Shown here one piece after another: positions 30,159-45,240 of a DNA stretch of 64,000 nt. Under the pieces are notes generated by a model. The model saw nothing but the letters and a program-made list of their open reading frames with translations, was not told the origin of the DNA and did not search any database. The DNA is taken from positions 67,332,001-67,396,000 of the forward strand of contig OX597832.1 of the NCBI GenBank assembly GCA_951406725.2, read 5' to 3'. This DNA is from Octopus vulgaris. Its lineage: Eukaryota. The position numbers and the translations under genes are program-made. Each line of letters begins with the position of its first letter. The stretch's first letter is position 1.

Positions 30159-30866
30159 CGAGATAACACAAACCGTAATCAGATTCCGTACACTTAATAT
30201 CTCTATACCTCTCACATATTACATGCTTTTCTTTCTGTTTATTTGTTAGTTTTATAGAGGAGTGGTGGTGGTGAGGAGCTCAAAAATCGAAAACGATATA
30301 TGCCTTTTACTTTGATTATCATGGTATATGTATTATAATTAATATCGGAACACACACACAGAGAAACGCACTAACAAGCACACAAACACACACGCTCATA
30401 AAGATACATACGTTTCTGTGAGTGCCTGTTTGGTTACATGGCCGTTTCTATATAACTTTGTAGACGTTCATGTGAGCACGTGATGTAAGTGTATACACAC
30501 ACACACATATTTGTATGTAACCACATAAGCACACAAATGTATATACATGTTTTCATATGTATATATATGTGTGCGTGCGTGTGTGTGTATGTGTGTATTT
30601 TATACACACATACATACACACACACACACGCACACACACATACATATATACATATTCATTTATTTATCTGTATGTATGTTTGTATCTTAGTTTACAACAT
30701 GTTTGTTTATTTTTTCTGCGCTTCTCCTAATAAATCGAATTGTTCCGGACATAAAACATTAATCCTTTGAGTAACTTATCTCCCTCTTTTAAATTACCTT
30801 GGGGATATATTTTCGAATGTTAGTGATAGCCAATCAAATCTCTTATTTTTTTGTACGTAATTATTT

Positions 30867-30951
<85 letters not shown>

Positions 30952-31339
30952 TTATTTTCTAATTTATTTTTTGTTACTTTATTAGTTATATTTGTTATCT
31001 TTACGTTTTTCTACGTAAACTGATTTCCAAAATATGCTATGATGGCCCCGATCGGAGTGTGTGGCAACAAAACAGTGAGGCCGAATGCTGCGATGGTGGG
31101 AGAGGATCACGTGCAATGCTGTTGAGGGTTAGAGTTCTGTTCTATGTGAATTTTCTTTTATTTCTTATTTGTATCGATAGATGGCGTTGGCGTTTCGTGC
31201 TGTCGGTGTTGGTAATATTTATTACAACTTGTGGGATTGCATTTGTGTTTTATATTAATTTTCCTCTCTATTATTTTCATGTTATCCCAAAATACTACAA
31301 GCTTCAAAACTAATACACATCCAAGATGATCGCTGACAG

Positions 31340-31349
31340 CTTTATTATT

Positions 31350-31420
<71 letters not shown>

Positions 31421-31509
31421 TTTTAGCAGTAGCAGCAACATTCGGCTTCGTTAGCTCTACCATCCCCATCATCATCGTCACAATCACCATCCTCCTCCTA
31501 TTCCTACTC

Positions 31510-31543
<34 letters not shown>

Positions 31544-32146
31544 ATATCATCATCACCACCATCGTCACCACCATCATCACCACCATCATCACCACCATCA
31601 TTACCACCATCCTCACCACCATCATCGTCACTACCACTACCATCCTCACGACCATCATCATCATCATCATCAACAAGAGCAACAATATCAACAACAACAA
31701 CAACATCTGCGTCGTCATCATCTGCTCATCACCAACCTTATCACCTCTGTTAATCTGTTTACCAGTTTGTCGATCGGTTTCTTCAACGTGATCATCAATA
31801 TCCTCCTCCTTCTCCTCTTCCAAATTTTCCTCGCCTTCATCATCATTATCGTCATCATTGAATACATCATCATCGCCGTAATCATTATCAGCATCAATGG
31901 CATCATCAACGCATCCATAATCATCACCAGCATCATGTGAAATTTGTGAGCAGTATGATCGATATGAGGCAAATGAAAATATAAATGTAACAATGACGGT
32001 TATTTTAATAGTGATATATTTGGTACTGATAATAATGATGGTGATGGTGATTGTGGTGATGATGATGATGATGATGATGATGATGAGGAGGAGGAGGAGG
32101 AGGAGGATGGTGATGATGATGATGATGATGATGAGAAAGAGAGGAT

Positions 32147-32180
<34 letters not shown>

Positions 32181-32410
32181 AGAAAGAAAAGAGGAGGATG
32201 AAAAGAAGAAGGAAAAAGAAAGGGGAAGGAGGAGGAAAAGAAGAAGAAAGAGGGTTGGGGAGAGCGGAAGAAGAAAAAGAACAACAAAACGAAGCAGAGG
32301 GTGAGGCGGTGGAGGAGGAGAAGTGGAAGAAGAAGGGAAAGCAGGAACAGGAGTAGGAGGAGGGGAAGAGGAAGATAAGAAGAAAGAATAGAAGAAAAGG
32401 GAAATGAAAA
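31340..32410. repeat. Compound low-complexity trinucleotide tract (TAT, CAT, CAC, CAA, GAT, GAG, GAA)
   Basis: Directly visible. It produces the spurious 390-aa and 203-aa ORFs. Confidence 0.9.
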
Positions 32411-34366
32411 GTATGGGAGGAAATTGTATTGATAAGTGAAGCCGGAGTCGAAACTGGTTATTGAAATAGCGATATAAGAAACCAGAATTAAATTGGCTAC
32501 GAAGAAAGCCAAGGAATTTTGGGCGTCGCCAAGACTTAAAGTCTTTAGGTGCTGAGGTCTGTAGAATGGCATACACGCTAGCAAACACACATTCACATAT
32601 AATACTTTCACTGAAGGAGATTTACCTAACGGATCCAGTTCCTATCACTTATTACGCAAGCCTGAAATGTATAAAATGGTATAAAATGATTTCAAAATAT
32701 TATTTCGTTGGACTTCATTACGGCCATTAGTACGACTCAATGTCCTGACAACGATTTAACGTAGCTTCTAACATTTGACTCGAGTCGAAAATTATGGTCA
32801 CTGGCACCGCTTCTAATCATAACACGAAATATATGAGTATGTGTGCGCGTGCATGCTTATCGAAAGTAGTATTGTTTAAAGAACTATGAGGTAAACTTAT
32901 ATTAAGTTATTTAAATCGTACTGGAATGCAGTCTATTGGTACGGATTTATTATTTAGATATTCATTCGCCATCTAACTTTTCAGTTTAGGACAATTTACT
33001 CCCATTTATTAATATGTGTGCGTACGTTTGATTTTGCGTGTTTCTTTGTACTTTCATCTTCATGCGTGTAAGTGTTTGCGTGCGTGTATGTGCATGTGTG
33101 TGTGTGTGTGTGTGTGTGTGCGTTGGATTTTCTTTTCGTACAGGCGTGCACGAAGCAATGTTGGTTAATAAAGAGAGGTCAAATTCGAGACAATACAGCA
33201 TTGTGAAATCACGTCCATTTGACGAAAGTTAAGGGTTCATAGGTCAATCAACTTTTGCGAGGTTATGTGAGCAAAATTGGGGGTCAAACAAGATGTAAAA
33301 ATGAATATAAAAGCACGGAAGATAAAAACCCCCTGAGTATTGTTATATTTGATATTTATTAATTTGTATGAATCTGATTAGACTGCAGACCAATATGGAG
33401 TGTGCAGAAATTTGTAGAATGTGAGATTGTACAAAGAGAACATTTACATTGATTTAATTTGTTATAAATGTCGAAATTCTACAGAAAGAAGAACACAACG
33501 GAAAATTGGAGACTGAGATTTTGCTCCAGTTAAATTCCAGGTAAAGAAGGGGAGATCCATAAACACACAGTTACAGATATCAGGCAGTGTTTAGAAATTA
33601 TCAGAAGTTATCCATTTGTTTTTATTTTGCTAGTAACTAATGGGAAAAAAAATTCAGTGGGTAACATTTATTACACAAAAGATGAATAATTTTATTATAC
33701 TGATATAGAGGAATCGAAATCGCACAGTTGCTTTAAGATGTTGAAATCACGTTGATATCACTCGATCGACGCCTTCCACCACATTCTTAAACATGGGCTC
33801 GTTTCCCGTTGATATCCCTGTTTATAGTTTTCCTCCTGTTCGCTTTCTTTTATTTTTATTAAGAGAGTGCAGGCTCTTAGCTCATTTAGTCTCTGGACAG
33901 AGTATAACTCATTCCATAGTCATATAAAGTTTTGTGACTTGTTATAACGTAACAAGGTCGGAAGTTGCAATACAGTGTATGTGTATATGAGTGTGCACAA
34001 GTGTGAAAGTGTGTGTACGTGTGCGTGTGTATGTGTGTGTGTGTATGAACTAAAGTAACGTGAAATAAAGTGTCTTGCTCACGGATACAATGAACCACCG
34101 GGAATCGAACTCACAACCTTACGATTGTGAGTCGAATACCCGAACCACTAAGCCACGTGCTTTCACGCGCACACACAAATATATACATATATGTGGTGAT
34201 AGTATGTTGTCAAGTCCCATGAAAGGGAAGATTGCTACTGTTATTTAGCCCTTGGAAACACCGTTTCTTGTTGGACTTGACACATTTCCAGTGTCCTTTC
34301 ATTGGACTGTCACATTAAGTTGACGACATATTATCACTTTAACGTGCTGCTACTGCATAAATATAT

Positions 34367-34494
<128 letters not shown>

Positions 34495-35047
34495 TATATA
34501 AGAAACAAAAAACTGGAACAACAACGTAATATGTGACAACAAAACATCCGGACAGTTGGACGATACAATAAAAAATACAGGAAAAAAACAAGGACGGGTC
34601 ATTCGGAGCTTCCTATTCTCAGTCAAGTACCAGATTATCTTAGCTGTTTCGACCGGTTACACTCGAGACTGCACCAATCTGCTCCAAACTTCCTTGGAAG
34701 AAAGCAAGCGACTGTATACGAAAACAAGGACGAAAAAATGGAGAAATGGTACACAAATAAAAATACAAACAACAGGACATTAACAACAGGTGTCTTGCGA
34801 CTAAGGACGAATTAAATTAAGCTGGCATGGGTGGAAGTGAAGCCTTACGGCAGAGGCATAAGGGATGACAGTCATGGGAAGGAATATAGATGTTGCACGG
34901 ATAGTAGTCGAACCAGGTGGAAGAAGAGAGGAGAGGTAGGGGCAGAGGGATGCAAGAATTAGGAAAGTACGAGAAAGAGAGAAAAAGAAAAAGAAAGGAA
35001 GGAACAGAGTGACGTAAAAGAGGAGGGAAAATGAAAATGAAGGGAAA

Positions 35048-35101
<54 letters not shown>

Positions 35102-35130
35102 TGTATATATACAAACATATATATACATAC

Positions 35131-35184
<54 letters not shown>

Positions 35185-35835
35185 GGGGATTTTTCTTTTA
35201 CACACGGCCTTCAAACTGTAAAGTCACATCTTTGTGTTCCCATGCGCTTCTAGAATCTCCTCCGCCTCAGTCAGAAAAAAGGTCTTCTCGTTTGTTTTTT
35301 TGTTTGTTTTCTTGTTTATTTTTATTTCTCTTATTGTATTTTCTTGTACATGTATTTTTATCGTGTATTTTATTTTGTAGTTTTATTTGTATCGTTTTTA
35401 CGTCCTGTTTTTGTTACATTTTTTCTTGCTTGTTTTTACCCCTCTGCGAGGTAATTTTATTTAAATTCTCTCGCAGGAAGGCTTAGTTTGGCGAGTCGTG
35501 TTCTGTCTTGCCTTCCAAACAGCTGGAGTCGAACTAGTGACAGCTGATGAAGGGGATTTTTCCTTGTGTAGTATGTCCTGTACTCTGTTTATCTGTTGTA
35601 AAAAAATGATTTTTCAGTTTTCGTTTCTCGTTGAGTTCTACGTCTAGTTGTGGTGTCCTGTATTCACGTATATATATTTATCTTTGCATGTATATATACA
35701 TGTAGATTTAGGTACGTACATATATGTTTGTATGTATGCATATATTTTATTTATTACACTATTGTTTGACAGCGCCCTCGCGTCAGGTTCGATTCGATTC
35801 GTTCGCTTCGTTCCTTTCTTATTCTCCCAGTACTG

Positions 35836-35866
<31 letters not shown>

Positions 35867-36207
35867 TGCATGAGATTAAGGTTCTATTTGCTTAGCATTG
35901 ACTAATACATTGTATTAGCGAGACAGTTACAACGTTGAAATTTCGGAGTTACTGCAACCTTATTCTCGCAAAATTCGTATGTACTCCACAAAATATATAG
36001 AGTGATCCTTCATTTTAATATAAAAATGTCAAATATCAACATACACACACACACACTGATAGACAAACACACACACACACAAACACACACACTCATCTCT
36101 TCCTCTTTGTCTGTCTATGTGTCTCTGTTTCTGTCTGTCTGTCTCTGTCTGTCTCTCTCTGTCTCTACACCCCTCTCTCTGTTCTGTCTCTATATATGAG
36201 TGTGTTT

Positions 36208-36573
36208 GGAGGAGCAATGACCCGGTTGTTAGGGCAGCGGACCTGTGGTCGTAGGATCGCGATTTCTATTCCCAGACCGAGCGTTGTGTTTATTGAGCAA
36301 AGCTCCACGAGGCTCCGGCAGGGGTTGGTGGTTGCGAACCCTGCTGCACTCTTTCACTACAACTTCCTCTCACTCTTTCTTCATGTTTCTGTTGTACCTG
36401 AATTTCAAAGGGCCAGCCTTGTCACACTCTGTGTCACGCTGAATCTCCCCTGAGAACTACGTTATGGGTATACGTGTCTGTGGAGTGCTCAGCCACGAGC
36501 TAATTGCACGAGCGGACTGTTCCGTTGATCGGATTAACTGGAACCATCGTCGTCGCGACCAACGGAGTGCCAC
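36208..36573 (+). mobile_element. tRNA-derived SINE, family D (second copy 47840-48001 on minus strand)
   Basis: Head GTTAGGGCAGCGGAC...CCCAGACCG...AAAGCTCCACGAGGCTCCGGCAGGGG is shared with the reverse complement at 47840-48001. Confidence 0.75.
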
Positions 36574-36984
36574 GATGAGTGTGTGTAAGCGTATCTTTCA
36601 CGAAGCATGAGGAAGTGTTATGCAATTATATAAGCGATGACGTGGCCGCTTTTCTTGGTAATTTTATTGATACAAATTTCATCACTGATACCGAGTCTTG
36701 TGTTGTAAGACGTTCTAGTCAAGATTAATTAGTCTTTTCACATATCATTGAATACACACACAAATGCCTCTTTCCATTTATAAAACCGTATTTTATGATT
36801 ACAGTAAATTACTACTATTTCTAGGAAATTGTGCAACCGCATAGACGCTCATTCGTTGGTTAGTCGAGGAGGCATTGATTTATAATGATTACAAAATTAA
36901 TGATGCCGTGTTTGCTGATTGTATTAATGCTGGTTCTAACGAAAGACAAGGAAAGACGCTCTTCGCTAATTGTGTCGTTTTTGT

Positions 36985-37480
36985 AAGTGACGACGGAGGC
37001 GGCGACGACGACGACGACCGTGGTGATGGTGCTAATGCTAATGGTGATGATGATGGTCGTGGTGGTATTGGTGGTGGTCCTTCTTGTTGTGGTGGTGGGG
37101 ATGTTGTCGGTGGTCTTCTGGTGGCAGCCGTGTAGTTGTTGCTGGTGGAGGTGTTCATAATGCTACATCTGGTGTTTATTACGATAATCACGATGATGAT
37201 AAGGGGGAGGGGAAGAGTAGAGAGTAGGAGTAGGAGTATAGTGATAATGGTTATGATGAGGGTGACGACAATGATGTTGAATGTATTGGTAGTAATGGTC
37301 ATGGCCGTGACGGTCTTGCTGCTGCAGCAGCAGCTGATGATGATGATGACAACGATGATGACGAGGAACGACGATGACAATGATGTTAATAATAGCGAAG
37401 CTAATCATGATAGTGTTATTGATGCAGAAGGCGGTGATGGCGATGATGCTGAGAGTGACGACGATATGGGCGGAATGTTG
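36985..37480. repeat. Degenerate GAT/GGT trinucleotide low-complexity tract
   Basis: Directly visible. Confidence 0.8.
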
Positions 37481-38873
37481 TACTGATTAGCTCACATCTT
37501 GTCGTCATTAAAGATTAATGATGCTCCAACACCTCACTATTTAAATTAGTTCGGAGCGCAGGCGTCCATTAAATCTAGATTTATTAAACTGACATTTGAT
37601 ATTCACACCCTAATTAACTGACTGAAATTTCTTTAAAAATAAACTAAAGGCACGTTTTACAATTTTCGGTTTCTATTACGTGTTCCATGTTTTTTATATA
37701 TTTTCATTTGTCTTGACATTTTATTTATTGTTTATTTCCGTATTTTGTTCTTTCATGTTTTCATGTTATTTCCCTTTATTTTATATTAGGTATTTGAAAA
37801 CTGATTTTTGGAATCCTTTGGAATCCTATAAACGCATCTATATCTCAGTGGTGTATTTTATACTTTGTTTAGTGGTCCTGGAGGTCGGGGCTGTCTTTAA
37901 TTATTTGCTGGTTGATACACTAAGTACAAATCAAAGGTTTCTGAATACGCAATTTCATTAGTATATCAATGTACTAAAACAAAAAAGAAAAAAAAAACCG
38001 AAAGACACCCAGTCAACAGTTGTCTAATTCCACAAAACATGAGGCTATGAATGAAATTTTACAGTCTAACGTATTCGAGTAAGAGATAGAGAGAAAGAAA
38101 GAGAAATAGAGACAGTCAGATACAGAGAGAAAAGGGAGTGACAGACAATGCCAGCGGATACAGAAGCACAGAAAGAATTATAGATCATAGTAAGCAATCG
38201 ATTCTTATAGTCACCAAAAATGGAAGAAAGTTAATATTGACATGAGAGAGATTTTCAATTCAGAGATCAGAGAAAACGAAAAGAATATCTGCAAGGGATT
38301 TTATTGAACACGCCATGTTACCTTGATTAAACTCCTTGCGTTTCAGATGTCGTTGTATTAGCGAGACATTAATTGACTACACGGAATGATCTGGCGTTTC
38401 ATTTATGCATGTCAACGGCATTGCTTTCTCATTCCCCATTTTTTTTAACGTTGACAAAGATGAACCAGCAAAATGGTATGAATATTTGTTGAACATTTTA
38501 TTCCATGTGTAAATCGATTGCGGAAATAATTTGTGTATAATCGGGAAATCATGTGCACTGGAATTTACGTTAACTGTAAAGTGAAAATTTTAGCATCACG
38601 AAGAGCATCCGTAATTTATGTACTCTTCCAACTAATTATGAAGATTAAGACTGAACAGTTTCTTGTCTCTGATCCTACTTTCTCGTCTAACTCTCCTCCC
38701 AGTGCGTATTTCTGCGTGTGAATTTGAATACTGACACGTTTAATCATTCTAGGTGTATGTGAATGTTATCTTATACATGTACACACATATAAAAGCACAA
38801 ACACACTCACTCACACACATACACATACACACATATATATATATATATATATGCACATATACATGTACGCATG

Positions 38874-38954
<81 letters not shown>

Positions 38955-39782
38955 CGAGGGAATGTTTATATATACATATTTGTATGTACATTATATGTGT
39001 TTATTGAGCAAAAACACCCAAACCCGCCATGTATTTCTCGTTTCGAGTGAATGCCACTTGCTCAATTCACCGTGTAGTGGGATCAAATGTTTCATGAATT
39101 AAGCGGGGAACATTTTAACTATTTAGCTACGATACTACGCAAAATGTATCAATGACTTTAAGACTACGAAATATTATGCGTACTTGTTTATAAAATAACT
39201 TTTCATTAGAATGGATGAATGAGGGAGTCTTCGAAGATTACAAAACGTCGTTAGTTGCAGTGTTGGCTCTGAATTTTTCAGAAAATCTGTACAGATAAAG
39301 AGAAATATAAGAATATTGCACTGCTAACGAAGCGTAACTCACAATATTGACTTGTAAATGCGTATGGTTGCGAAACGAAATTCTGTATCCTTGCTCATAT
39401 TTAATATCATGATCAATTTTAGTAATTTTCATAAGTTCTCTCACATCGTTTCGTACAAGACGAGATAATTCTCAAAATTTTTCAGTCCATTAAGTGATCT
39501 TTCACTTATTTCTTGCTATTTCTTCATATTGTAGTTACATTCATTATTGTTTTGATCGTAAATTGTACGGGGCAACCTTATCTGCCTCTTTTGTTGTGTT
39601 CACGGTCAAGAAACTAGAAAAAAAGTAGAAAGTAGTAAAAGTCGCATCTCTTAATGTTTCAGCAGAACAGCTTGCGTTAAACGCTTCCCAATCAAATATT
39701 GTCACCACCACCACCATACTCATCTTCATCATCATCATCTTGATCCTCCTCCTCATCATCATCATCAACATTATTATTATTG

Positions 39783-39940
39783 AGGCAGTGAGCAGGCAAA
39801 GTTGTTAGCACGCCGGACGAAGTGCTTAGCAGTAATTCTTCCGTCATTTCGTACAGCGTTTATAGTGCGCCGAGGTCAACACTGACACTTTTCTTTTGGG
39901 GTCGATGAATAAGTGTACTAGTAGATCATTGAATCGATAT
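39783..39940 (+). mobile_element. Decayed SINE, family A
   Basis: GTTAGCACGCCGGACGAAGTGCTTAGC...CGCCGAGGTCAAC...GGGGTCGAT. Confidence 0.65.
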
Positions 39941-40279
39941 AACAAAATGTTATTCTTTTTATTGGTGCTGTTAATTACCACGGAATTTCATTTAACTGCT
40001 TATAAATATGTCAGTATTGAGAAGACGTTTTCTCACGTTACACCTACAAATTTCACTCACAAATTTCAGATGTCAACGTATCAGTACAATACACTTGTAC
40101 AAATTACCATCCGCTTTCATAGAACATAAGAAAAGTATTTGTATAGCGAAGATGTTAATGACTCAGATCAAATGCGAGAATGACTTCTCTTTCCCAAAAT
40201 AATTCGATCTGAAGATTTTCCTTCCTGTCTGTCAGCTTATCACGTGTTAAGGGCTCATTTGTTTTTTACTGCGTTGCCT

Positions 40280-40940
40280 ACACATCTCATTCGGGTTTCA
40301 TCTTCTCGGGACTGTTTTTAGCCACGACCTTCTTCAGGGAATGTTCGAAGTGTGCCATTCGTTTATTCAATCACTCTTTACAACTACAACGGCGGATTGA
40401 AGCAGTTGTTTCATTGTTAAAATTGAGTAGTTGCAAACACCATTTTATCCTTGGAGGAATGAATATTATTAGGTGGCATAGTAATGTCCTGGCATTTAGA
40501 GAAAGTTTATGAATGACTTTTCTCCATCAGGACTTTGAAGAATGGTGTGGTGTTGGTGTTTTCGTTTCCTGCCTCCTTATATTTATTGGGTATCATTTAG
40601 ATGTAATTTCTAATATGGTATATCTTCGTTCTGAATGGCAGGGATGAATTATAATATACAAAGAGGCCTTGTATGCCACTTTTTTGTGGCATAGTTAAAC
40701 ATAACGGTTGCACTCTCTATGATTTCGAACTGAAAATGAAGCAGAGCTAAGGCATCGTTGTTGTTGAGGTACTCCGGCTCAACTTTTATGTGTTTATCGA
40801 TATAGTTGAATACAATCTGTACGCAATTACGACTACATACAGCATGATTAGACTGGAGACTGTGCTCAGATATCGCAAGTCTGGAACTGTGTAGAAATAT
40901 TTTAGTAGACCTTTGAATTGAAACAAGACCTTTTATCTGT
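40280..40940 (-). mobile_element. Highly decayed Penelope-like remnant
   Basis: Minus frames FNYIDKHIKVEPEYLNNNDALA and KKWHT/LFVYYNSSLP resemble the PLE RT end. A degenerate CUGAAGA...GAAAC motif lies at its 3' end (40295-40337). Confidence 0.45.
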
Positions 40941-41691
40941 GCAATGAAAAGGAAGGAAAAAAGTCCGTCGAGTGTCTTGATGAAAAAAAATACAGAAAAA
41001 AACGACAGCATAACTAGGATTTAAGTTACAACTATTCACAATTCAGAGCCATACAGCTATGTTAACAAGCAGCATTCGTCGAGAAAACAATAACACTAAT
41101 AATAACAGATGATCAAAACAATAAAAATCAGACCAGACGAGTGAATTGTTCTCCGGAGAACACCGTCAACAACACGGAGCGCCAACGATTCGATGACAAT
41201 AAATCAAAGCAAAATGTTACCATTAAAGCAAAGAGCGATAACTGATTCTGAACAATTAGTAGAAGTGAATGAAGAATATAAACAACACAAAATCGCACTT
41301 CCACCAAACTTGCTCATGTATGTATGTAAGCACACACACACACACACACACACAGACACAAACACACGCAGGCACGCACACGCACACACACACACACACG
41401 CACACACACACACACACTCACACACACGCGCACACATACACACACTTTACTTATATAATATAATACATGCATATATAAAGTTGCTATTACCTAAAAGTGT
41501 CGTAAGTCCAAAATGTTACTTTCAGAAAGCGAAAAAATAATTTCACCGTTCTGTAGCGAAACCGTAGTACTACAATTTGACAATTTTCGATTTCTCGGCT
41601 TCTGAAGCAGATAGAGATACGATACTTTGACCAAAAGAAGCAAAAAACGCATTTGGCAAAATTTGGACATACGACAGTTTAACGTAAGAGC

Positions 41692-41792
<101 letters not shown>

Positions 41793-41900
41793 ACGTTATA
41801 TAATTAGGGTTCAGTAAAAAAATTAATTTACCACACACCGAACTTTTAAAATAGCAGCCAAAAAATTTTAGCTATTTCCTCTACTATAAGAAAAACATAC

Positions 41901-41958
<58 letters not shown>

Positions 41959-42105
41959 TTTTATTTGTTTATTTGTCTCAGTCATTTGAATCCGGAACCA
42001 TGATGTTGGGAAGCAAGCGTCTTACCACACAGCCACTCCAGTATATGTATACATATATGTGTATATATACTCACACGCAGACACATACGCAAACACACAC
42101 ACACA

Positions 42106-42947
42106 TGCAGGTGTGGTTGTGTGGTAAGGAGTATGGCTCGCAGCTACATGATGCTGGGTTCAGTGTCACTGTGTGCACCTTAGGTGAGTGACTTCAGCTA
42201 TAGATCCAGAATAAAGAATACCTAGCGAATGGATTTGGTAGACAGAAATCGAAAGAAACTCGTCGTATAGCTGTGTTTGTGTATGCATATGAGTTCGTGT
42301 GTAGATTTGTCAACCTCAACCACCGCCTGTGAACCGGCGTTTTTATACGCCCCAGTATCTAGCAGTTCGACAAAAGACATCGATAGAATAAGTGCCAGAC
42401 TTAGCAAGATAAATACTAGAGTTGATTTGTTCGACTGAAGTCTTTGAGACGGTACCCTAGCATAGCCGCAGTCCAGTGACTGCAAAAAGTAAAAGACAAA
42501 TGATATAGACGCCAAAGACGCATGACACACGTGTATACAGGCGCACTGACATGTACACACACACGTGCGCGTGGCCGTGTGGTAGTAGCTTGTTTACCAG
42601 CCACATGGGTCCGGGTTCAGTCCCACTGCGTTCCACCTTGGGCAAGTGTATTCTACTATAGCCTCAGGACAACCAAAGCCTTGTGAGTGGATTTAGTAGA
42701 CGGAAACTGAAAAAAGCCCATCGTATATGTATATATATGTATACATGTGTGTGTGTTTGTGTGTACCCCCACCATCACCTGACAACCGATGCTGGTGTGC
42801 TTACGTCCCCGTAACTTAGCGGTTCGGCAAAAAGAGACCGATAGAATAAGTTCTAGGCTTGCAAAGAATAAGTTCTGGAGTCGAATTGCTTGTTTAAAGG
42901 TGATGCTCCAGCATATCCGCAGTCAAATGACTGAAACAAATAAAAGA
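42106..42947 (+). mobile_element. Two tandem family-B tRNA-derived SINEs (42106-42497 and 42568-42947)
   Basis: Head GTGGCCGTGTGGTA...GGGTTCAGTCCC, internal microsatellite, tail CCAGCAT..CCGCAGTC..ATGACTGAAACAA. Confidence 0.8.
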
Positions 42948-43007
42948 ATATATATATATATGCATATACAGAGGGAGAGAGAGAGAGATAAAGAGAGGGG
43001 GATTCAC

Positions 43008-43080
<73 letters not shown>

Positions 43081-44119
43081 CACACGCACTCACACACGCA
43101 CACACACACACACACTCACACACACACAGGAGCAGTCACAACTTAAATGATATTCATGTGGTGCATGTACCCATGTGCACGTATGTTATTTTTATGTCGC
43201 GTAACTTGGCATTTTTTCACCCCGAAATGAAATCAATAAAATACCCATCAGCGTCAAAAATGTACTGAGGATGATACAAATGACTGTTATCTTATCTTTC
43301 AAGTCTGTGCTCCAGCATGACCGCATTGAAATTATATCCAAGAAAAGAGTAAATGAGTAACGATAACTAAAATAAATAAAACGAAAATAACATAGGATCG
43401 AACGCTCACTAATTAGAGAACACCACTGTCGATATAAAATGAAGAACTAAAATTCCGTCGCTCTGTTCCCGTGATATTTGCGGTTCGTTAAACTAGTTAG
43501 TCATTTGAGAAAACTTCTCATTAATACAAATTAACGTTTTATCAGGCTCGTTTGTTTCCAATTCTCACCATTTATTTATTTATTACTCATTTGTTTTATA
43601 TATGTTTCATTTTGCTTTTACTTGTTTGATATTTTTTTATCGTATATTTGACTCTTTCTATCTCTTTCACTTTATTCACTGCGGTTTTTAGTCTTTTAAA
43701 CTACTCTGCTATCATTTACAAACTCTCTTTCTCTCTCTCTCTTTCTCGCTCTCTTTCTCTCTCCCCATCTTTCTCTCTATCCAATATCTTTCATTAACAC
43801 TCTCTCCTACTAGTTTTCATTAACAGAATCTCGCTCTCTTTTCATATGACTTTCTTCTTTTCTCTCTGAATTATCTTCTCTCTCCATATCTCTCTCCCGC
43901 TTCCACTCTTTACTTTTGTTTCGAATCAAGCTACGTTCTTGAGAGCGAATTAGAGCACTCAGTTGTTTTGGGTGGTGATGGTGTTGTTCTTGTTGGTGGT
44001 GGTGGTTTGGACGCAGCTATGGTGGTGGCGTAAGCGATAGTGATGCTACCGATGGCAGTGGTGTCTTTGTTGTTCTTGTTATTGGTATTTAGTTCCATAT
44101 TTTACGCGATCGAACGAAC

Positions 44120-44660
44120 TTATGTTGAAAGTGTTTTCATCCATCCAGGAGAAGAAGTTTTGCCGTGAGGTACTCCATTCTTACTCATCTGAAAGCGCTA
44201 TGATAATGGACAGACGTCTGAGAGTATATTAAATATTTCTCTCGGTGCCAACATGGCGATTTCAATCCCAAGGCATATCGCACAGTGTAAATGATAGCTC
44301 CAGGTAACCCAAAGCTTTGTAATGGACATTAAGGAGACACAACTCATAGAGATTCTAACCGGAATCACCAAACGCACGATTCGTGGCTTTCTTCCACGCA
44401 GTGTCATGATGCTGCTGCTTGAGAATTACATTTACTGACCGCAAAATATTTTTGGAATACTGAAGATGAAGGTGTAGTTGCGATCGAGCATTTGAAAGCA
44501 TCTTTGGGAAATCTGTCACAAGATTCTCTAGAACTTTGCTATCCAGCATGTTTGACTGTTAATAAGAGGATATTTTACGAATATTTGATTATTTCTAATT
44601 GCAGAAGGTAATGACGTAGACAGCCAGCATCATTATCTGTTTACCGCCAGATTAGTTTTC
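44120..44660 (-). mobile_element. Possible decayed non-LTR RT fragment
   Basis: Minus frames give KDAFKC (DxxxAF-like) and FQMSKNGVPHG (GVPQG-like). Confidence 0.35.
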
Positions 44661-44702
44661 ATCAAGTGTTGTCAGGATCAATGAACTAGGTATAAGGACA
44701 TA

Positions 44703-44771
<69 letters not shown>

Positions 44772-44773
44772 TA

Positions 44774-44945
44774 AAGGCGGTTAGCTAATAAAATCGTTAC
44801 CACGCCGGGCGAAATAGCACTAAGCATTTCGCCCGTTCTACGCTCTTAGTTCAAATTCCGCCGAGGTCGACTTTGCCTTACATCGTTTCGGGGTCGATAA
44901 ATTAAGTACCAACGAAACACTGTGTGGCAAAAATTTGAAATCATC

Positions 44946-45023
<78 letters not shown>

Positions 45024-45240
45024 CACTATTATACTAAGGCAGCGAGCTGATAGAATCGTTAGCAAGCCAAGCGAAAAGCTTAGCGGCATTTCGCCTGTCC
45101 GTACGTTCTGAGTTCAAATCCCGCCGACTTTACCTTTCATCTTTTCGATGCCGATCAATTAAGAACCAGCTGGACACTAGAGTCCATGTAATCAACTCCT
45201 TCTCTTCCCCCACCCGAAAGTGCTCCCCTTCTGGAAAGAG
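44774..45240 (+). mobile_element. Two family-A SINEs separated by (TTA)n (44774-44925 and 45036-45240)
   Basis: AGGCAGCGAGCTGATAGAATCGTTAGC...GAGTTCAAAT...CTTTCATC. Confidence 0.8.

Noticed and set aside
31416-32588. 390-aa ORF, the longest in the track
   Set aside because: Made of trinucleotide microsatellites (poly-S, I, M, D, L) with no domain.
39240-39530. Possible hAT C-terminal remnant (RFATIRIYKSI)
   Set aside because: The match is too weak to call.
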